From Eledone cirrhosa (Eukaryota), in contig OZ024745.1 of the NCBI GenBank assembly GCA_964016885.1, positions 64,294,001 to 64,358,000 on the forward strand: a DNA stretch of 64,000 nt. The letters are read 5' to 3'. Numbering within the stretch: the first letter of the stretch is position 1; the number at the start of each line of letters is the position of its first letter. A program made the translations under genes and the position numbers. Of this stretch, positions 57,401 through 64,000 are shown piece by piece. Under the pieces are notes generated by a model. It saw only the letters and a program-made list of their open reading frames with translations. It ran no database searches and was not told where the DNA came from.

Positions 57401-59035
57401 ACGGGGCACCCAAATAAAAAACGGACACCCCATGAAAAAACGGGGCACCCAAATAAAAAACGGCCCCCCCATAAAAATACGGGGCACCCAAATAAAAAAC
57501 GGGGTACCCAAATGAAAAACGGACCCCCCCATAAAAAAAAGGGGCACCCAAATAAAAAACGGGGTACCCAAATAAAAAACGGCCCCCCATAAAAAAACGG
57601 GGTACCCAATTAAAAAACGGGGCACCCAAATAAAAAACGGGGCAACCAAATAAAAAAACGGACCGCCCCATAAAAAAACGGGGCACCCAAATAAAAAACG
57701 GGGTACCCAAATAGAAAACGGACCCCCTCATAAAAAACGGGGCACCCAAATAAAAAACGGACCCCCGCATAAAAAAACGGTGCACCCAAATAAAAAACGG
57801 ACCCCCACCATAAAAACACGGGGCACCCAAATATCAAACGGACCCCCATAAAAAAACGGACCCCCCCATAAAAAAACGGGGTACCCAAATAAAAAACGGA
57901 CCCCCCCATAAAAAAACGGGGCACCCAAATAAAAAGCGGACCCCCGCATAAAAAAACGGTGCACCCAAATAAAAAACGGACCCCCCAACCATAAAAACAC
58001 GGGGCACCCAAATAAAAAACGGACCCCCCATAAAAAAACGGGGCACCCAAATAAAAAACGGGGTACCCAAATAAAAAACGGACCCCCCCGTAAAAAAACG
58101 GGGCACCCAAATAAAAAACGAGGTACCCAAATAAAAAACGGGGCACCCAAATAATAAACGGGGCACCCAAATAAAAAACGTACCCCCCCATAAAAAACGG
58201 GGCACCCAAATAAAAAACGGACCCCCCCATAAGAAAAAAGGGGTACCCAAACAAAAAACGGACGCTCCCATAAAAAAACAGGGCACCCAAATAAAAAACA
58301 GGGTACACAAATAAAAAACGGGGCACCCAAATAAAAAACGGCCCCCCCATAAAAAAACGGATCACCCAAATATAAAACGGACCCCCGCCCCTAAAAAAAC
58401 GGGGTACCCAAATAAAAAACGGGGCACCCAAATAAAAAACGGGGTACCCAAATAAAAAACGGAGCACCCAAATAAAAAAAGGGGCACCCAAATAAAAAAC
58501 GGGGTACCCAAATAAAAAACGGGGCACCCAAATAAAAAGGGGCACCCAAATAAAAAACAGACCCCCCATAAATAAACGGGGCACCCAAATAAGAAACGGG
58601 GCACCCAAATAAAAAACGGTGCACCCAAATAAAAAACGGGGCACACAAATAAAAAACGGAGCACCCAAATAAAAAACGGACCCCCCATAAATAAACGGAG
58701 CACCCAAATAAAAAACGGGGTACCCAAATAAAAAACGGACCCCCCCGTAAAAAAACGGGGCACCCAAATAAAAAACGGGGTACACAAATGAAAATCGGTC
58801 CGCCCCCATAAAAAAACTGGGCACCCAAATAAAAAACTGGGCACCCAAATAAAAAACGGTGCACCCAAATAAAAAATGGGGCACACAAATAAAAAACGGA
58901 GCACCCAAATGAAAAACGGAGCCCCCGTAAATAAACGGGGCGCCCAAATAAAAAAGCGGGGTACCCAAATAAAAAACGGATCCCCGTAAAAAAACGGGGC
59001 ACCCAAATAAAAAACGGGGTACACAAATGAAAAAC
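49880..59035. repeat. ~4.4-4.8 kb tandem duplication overlapping the 3227-bp one
   Basis: Offsets are 4759 (50353/55112, 50460/55219, 50919/55678), then about 4370-4390 (52642/57010, 53222/57610, 54005/58391) after monomer-block deletions. Confidence 0.9.
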
Positions 59036-59540
59036 GGTCCGCCCCCATAAAAAAACGGGGCACCCAAATAAAAAACGGAGCCCCCATAAAAATACGGGGC
59101 ACCCAAATAAAAAACTGGGCACCCAAATAAAAAACGGGGCACCCAAATAAAAAACGGGGTACCCAAATAAAAAACGGACCCCCCATAAAAAAGGGGCACC
59201 CAAATAAAAAACGGACGCCCCCATAAAAAACGGGGTACCCAAATAAAAAACGGACACCCCATAAAAAAATGGGGCACCCAAATAAAAAACGGACCCCCCC
59301 ATAAAAAAACAGGGCACCCAAATAAAAAACGGGGTACCCAAATAAAATACGGACCCCCCCATAAAAACACGGGTCACCCAAATAAAAAACGGACCCCCAT
59401 AAAAAAACGGGGCACCCAAATAAAAAACGGGGTACCCAAATAAATAACGGACCCCCCCATAAAAAAACGAGGCACCCAAATAAAAAACGGGGTACCCAAA
59501 TAAAAAACGGGGCACCCAAATAAAAAACGGGGCACACTAA

Positions 59541-59940
59541 TAAAAAATGGATCCCCCAAATAAAAAATGGATCACCCAAATAAAAAATGGATCACCCAAA
59601 TAAAAAATGGATCACCCAAATAAAAAATGGATCACCCAAATAAAAAATAGATCCCCCAAATAAAAAATGGATCCCCCAAATAAAAAATGAATCCCCCAAA
59701 TAAAAAACGGATCCCCCAAATAAAAAATGGATCTCCCAAATAAAAAATGGATCCCCCAAATAAAAAATGGTTCACCCAAATAAAAAATGGATCACCCAAA
59801 TAAAAAATGGATCCCCCAAATAAAAAATGGATCACCCAAATAAAAAATGGATCACCCAAATAAAAAATGGATCCCCTAAATAAAAAATGGATCACCCAAA
59901 TTAAAAATGGATCACCCATATAAAAAATGAATACCCCAAA
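59541..59940. repeat. Sub-array C1: 20 exact-length 20-bp units TAAAAAATGGATC(A/C)CCCAAA
   Basis: Counted directly. The units stay in register with the 20-bp grid throughout, with no indels. Confidence 0.96.
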
Positions 59941-62480
59941 TAAAAAACGGACCCCCCCATAAAAAACGGGGCACCCAAACAAAAAACGGACCCCCCCATA
60001 AAAAAACGGGGCACCCAAATAAAAAACGGGGTACCCAAATAAAAAACGGACCCTCCCCCATATAAAAACGGGGCACCCAAATAAAAAACGGACCCCCCAT
60101 AAAAGAACGGGGCACCCAAATAAAAAACGGACCACCGCATAAAAAAACGGGGCACCCAAATAAAAAACGAGGCACCCAAATAAAAAACGGGGTACCCAAA
60201 TAAAAAACGGACCCCCCCATAAAAAAACGGGACACACAAATAAAGAACGAGGTACCCAAATAAAAAACGGACCCCCCCATAAAAAAACGGGTCACCCAAA
60301 TAAAAAACGGACCCCCCATAAAAAAACGGGGTACCCAAATAAAAAACGGGGTACCCAAATAAAAAACGGACCCCCCCATAAAAAAACGGGGCACCTAAAT
60401 AAAAAACGGACACCCCCCCATAAAAAAACGGGGCACCCAAATAAAAAACGGGGTACCCAAATAAAAAACGGGGCACCCAAATAAAAAACGGACCCCCATA
60501 AAAAAACGGGGCACCCAAATAAAAAACGGACACCCCCCATAAAAAAACGGGGCAACCAAATAAAAAACGGACCCCAACCATAAAAAAACGGGGGACCCAA
60601 ATAAAGAACGGGGTACCCAAATAAAAAACGGATCCCCCCATAAAAAAACGGGGCACCCAAATAAAAAATGGGGTACCCAAATAAAAAACAGGTCACCCAA
60701 ATAAAAAACGGGGCACCCAAATAAAAAACGGGGTACCTTAATAAAAAAACGAGGCACCCAAATAAAAAACGGGGCACCCAAATAAAAAACGGACTCCCCA
60801 TAAAAAAACGGGGCACCCAAATGAAAAACGGGGTACCCAAATAAAAAACCGACCCCCCCATAAAAAAACGGGGCACCCCCCAAAAAAACGGACCCCCGCA
60901 TAAAAAAACGGTGCACCCAAATAAAAAACGGACCCCCCCATAAAAAAACGGGGCACCCAAATAAAAAACGGACCCCTCCATAAAAATACGGGGCACCCAA
61001 ATAAAAAATGGGGTACCCAAATGAAAAACGGACCGCCCCATAAAATAACGGGGCACCCAAATAAAAAACGGGGTACCCAAATAAAAAACGGTCCGCCCCC
61101 ATAAAAAAACTGGGCACCCAAATTAAAAACGGTGTACCCAAATAAAAAACGCCCCCCATCAAAAAACGGGGTACCCAAATAAAAAACGGGGCACCCAAAT
61201 AAAAAACTGGGCACCCAAATGAAAAACGGACCCCCCTATAAAAAAACGGGGCACACAAATAAAAAACGGAGCCCCCATAAAAATACGGGGCACCCAAATA
61301 AAAAACGGGGCACCCAAATAAAAAACGGACCCCCCATAAAAAAGGGGCACCCAAATAAAAAACGGACCCCCCATAAAAATAACGGGGCACCCAAATAAAA
61401 AACGTACCCACCCATAAAAACGGGGCACCCAAATAAAAAACGGGGCACCCAAATAAAAACCTACCCCCCCATAAAAAAACGGGGTACCCAAATAAAAAAC
61501 GGGGCACACAAATAAAAAACGGATCACCCAAATAAAAAGCGGACCCCCATAAATAAACGGGGCACCCAAATAAAAAACGGGGTACCCAAATAAAAAACGG
61601 AGCACCCCAATAAAAAAAGGGGCACCCAAATAAAAAACGGGGTACCCAAATAAAAAACGGGGCACCCAAATAAAAAAGGGGCACCCAAATAAAAAAACAG
61701 ACCCCCCATAAATAAACGGGGCACCCAAATAAGAAACGGGGCACCCAAATAAAAAACGGTGCACCCAAATAAAGAACGGGGCACACAAATAAAAAACGGA
61801 GCACCCAAATAAAAAACGGACCCCCCATAAATAAACGGGGCACCCAAATAAAAACGGGGTACCCAAATAAAAAACGGACCCCCCTGTAAAAAAACGGGGC
61901 ACCCAAATAAAAAACGGGGTACACAAATAAAAAACTGTCCGCCCCCATAAAAAAACTGGGCACCCAAATAAAAACGGTGTACCCAAATAAAAAACGCCCC
62001 CATAAAAAAACGGGGTACCCAAATAAAAAACGGGGCACCCAAATAAAAAACGGGGCACCCAAATGAAAAACGGACCCCCCCATAAAAAAACGGGGCACCC
62101 AAATAAAAAACGGAGCCCCCATAAAAATACGGGGCACCCAAATAAAAAACTGGGCACCCAAATAAAAAACGGGGCACCCAAATAAAAAACGGACGCTCCC
62201 ATAAAAAACGGGGCACCCAAATAAAAAACGGGGTACCCAAATTAAAAACGGACCCCCCATAAAAAAATGGGGCACCCAAATAAAAAACGGACCCCCCCAT
62301 AAAAAAACAGGGCACCCAAATAAAAAACGGGGTACCCAAATAAAATACGGACCCCCCCATAAAAACACGGGTCACCCAAATAAATAACGGACCCCCCCAT
62401 AAAAAAACGAGGCACCCAAATAAAAAACGGGGTACCCAAATAAAAAACGGGACACCCAAATAAAAAACGGTGCACACTAA

Positions 62481-63220
62481 TAAAAAATGGATCCCCCAAA
62501 TAAAAAATGGATCCCCCAAATAAAAAATGGATCCCCCAAATAAAAAATGGATCACCCAAATAAAAAATGGATCCCATAAATAAAAAATGGATCACCCAAA
62601 TAAAAAATGGATCACCCAAATAAAAAATGGATCCCCCAAATAAAAAATGGATCACCCAAATTAAAAATTGATCACCCAAATAAAAAATGGATCCCCCAAA
62701 TAAAAAATGGATCACCCAAATAAAAAATGGATCACCCAAATAAAAAATGGATCACCCAAATAAAAAATGGATCACCCAAATAAAAAATGGATCCCCCAAA
62801 TAAAAAATGGATCCCCCAAATAAAAAATGGATCCCCCAAATAAAAAACGGATCCCCCAAATAAAAAATGGATCCCCCAAATAAAAAATGGATCACCCAAA
62901 TAAAAAATGGATCACCCAAATAAAAAATGGATCCCCCAAGTAAAAAATGGATCACCCAAATAAAAAATGGATCACCCAATTAAAAAATGGATCTCCCAAA
63001 TAAAAAATGGATCACCCAAATAAAAAATGGATCCCCCAAATAAAAAATGGGTCACCCAAATAAAAAATGGATCACCCAAATAAAAAATGGATCCCCCAAA
63101 TAAAAAATGGATCACCCAAATAAAAAATGGATCACCCAAATAAAAAATGGATCCCCTAAATAAAAAATGGATCACCCAAATTAAAAATGGATCACCCATA
63201 TAAAAAATGAATCCCCCAAA
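62481..63220. repeat. Sub-array C2: 37 exact-length 20-bp units TAAAAAATGGATC(A/C)CCCAAA
   Basis: Counted directly. It has the same left flank (GCACACTAA) and the same terminal variant units as C1. Confidence 0.96.
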
Positions 63221-64000
63221 TAAAAAATGGACCCCCCCATAAAAAATCCGTGAACCCAAATAAAAAATGGACCCCTCCATAAAAAAACGGGGCACCCAAA
63301 TAAAAAACGGGGTACCCAAATAAAAAACGGACCCCCCCATAAAGAAACGGAGCACCCAAATAAAAAACAGGGTACCCAAATAAAGAACGGGGCACCCAAA
63401 TAAAAAACGGGGCACCCAAATAAAAAAACGGACCCCCCCCATAAAAAAACGGGGCACCCAAATAAAAAACGGACCCCCCATAAAAAAACGGGGCACCCAA
63501 ATAAAAAACGGGGTACCCAAATAAAAAACGGACCCTCCCCCATATAAAAACGAGACACCCAAATAAAAAACGGACCCCCCATAAAAGAACGGGGCACCCA
63601 AATAAAAAACGGACCACCGCATAAAAAAACGGGGCACCCAAATAAAAAACGAGGCACCCAAATAAAAAACGGGGTACCCAAATAAAAAACGGACCCCCCC
63701 ATAAAAAAACAGGACACACAAATAAAGAACGAGGTACCCAAATAAAAAACGGACCCCCCATAAAAAGACGGGTCACCCAAATAAAAAACGGGGTACCCAA
63801 ATAAAAAACGGACCCTCCCCATAAAAAAAGGGGCACCCAAATAAAAAACGGACCCTCCCCATAAAAAAACGGGGCACCCAAATAAAAAACGGACCCCCCC
63901 ATATAAAAACGGGGCACCCGAATAAAAAACGGGGTACCCAAATACAAAACGGAACCCCCCGTAAAAAAATGGGGCACCCAAATAAAAAACGGACCCCCCC

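Larger units (their letters stand above)
9940..64000. repeat. Satellite B: tandem array of ~20 bp units (CCAAATAAAAAACGGGGCAC with GGGGTACCC, GGAGCACCC, GGTGCACCC, GGGTCACCC variants, plus C-run unit CGGACCCCCC-ATAAAAAAA), ~2,700 copies, runs off the right edge
   Basis: An A-tract alternates with a GC block every 19-21 bp from 9940 to the window end with no unique interruption. The copy number is an estimate from length divided by 20. Confidence 0.98.

Noticed and set aside
9891-63981. Long minus-strand ORFs (up to 1468 aa) as membrane-protein genes
   Set aside because: They overlap in all three frames with the same low-complexity peptide. Indels are not multiples of 3, and there is no unique domain or start context. 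They are fully explained by a stop-free 20-bp unit.
1-64000. CRISPR-like array (constant core plus variable segment)
   Set aside because: The variable parts are only ~10 bp, related to each other and reused. There are no unique spacers, leader or cas genes.
9940-64000. Rho-independent terminators or canonical G-quadruplexes on the minus strand
   Set aside because: The GGG-TG-CCC stem before the T-tract is too short. G-runs are separated by ~14-17 nt loops containing competing C-runs, outside the canonical G4 pattern.

Overview
The whole 64 kb window is non-coding tandem repeat DNA, with no unique sequence and no credible gene. Positions 1-~9936 hold satellite A: about 380 degenerate 23-28 bp units, consensus ACAAATTATCTCCCCCTGATTTTTTTT, T/C-rich on +. 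It abuts satellite B with no spacer. Satellite B (~9940-64000) has about 2,700 units of ~20 bp, consensus CCAAATAAAAAACGGGGCAC, mixed with a C-run unit AAATAAAAAACGGACCCCCC-ATAAAAAAAC, and is A/C-rich on +. Both arrays are organised as nested higher-order duplications (72 bp to ~6 kb) that can be traced by rare variant units. B also contains two indel-free, CpG-depleted sub-arrays of TAAAAAATGGATC(A/C)CCCAAA (20 and 37 copies). All ORFs in the track are explained by the repeat units lacking stop codons on one strand. The most notable structure is the sharp A/B junction with a small inverted repeat, a 13-bp core shared by A and B in opposite orientation, a hidden fold-back in the B dimer, and the layered duplication history. 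I cannot identify the organism or any function from sequence alone, and I see no direct evidence of a coding system.
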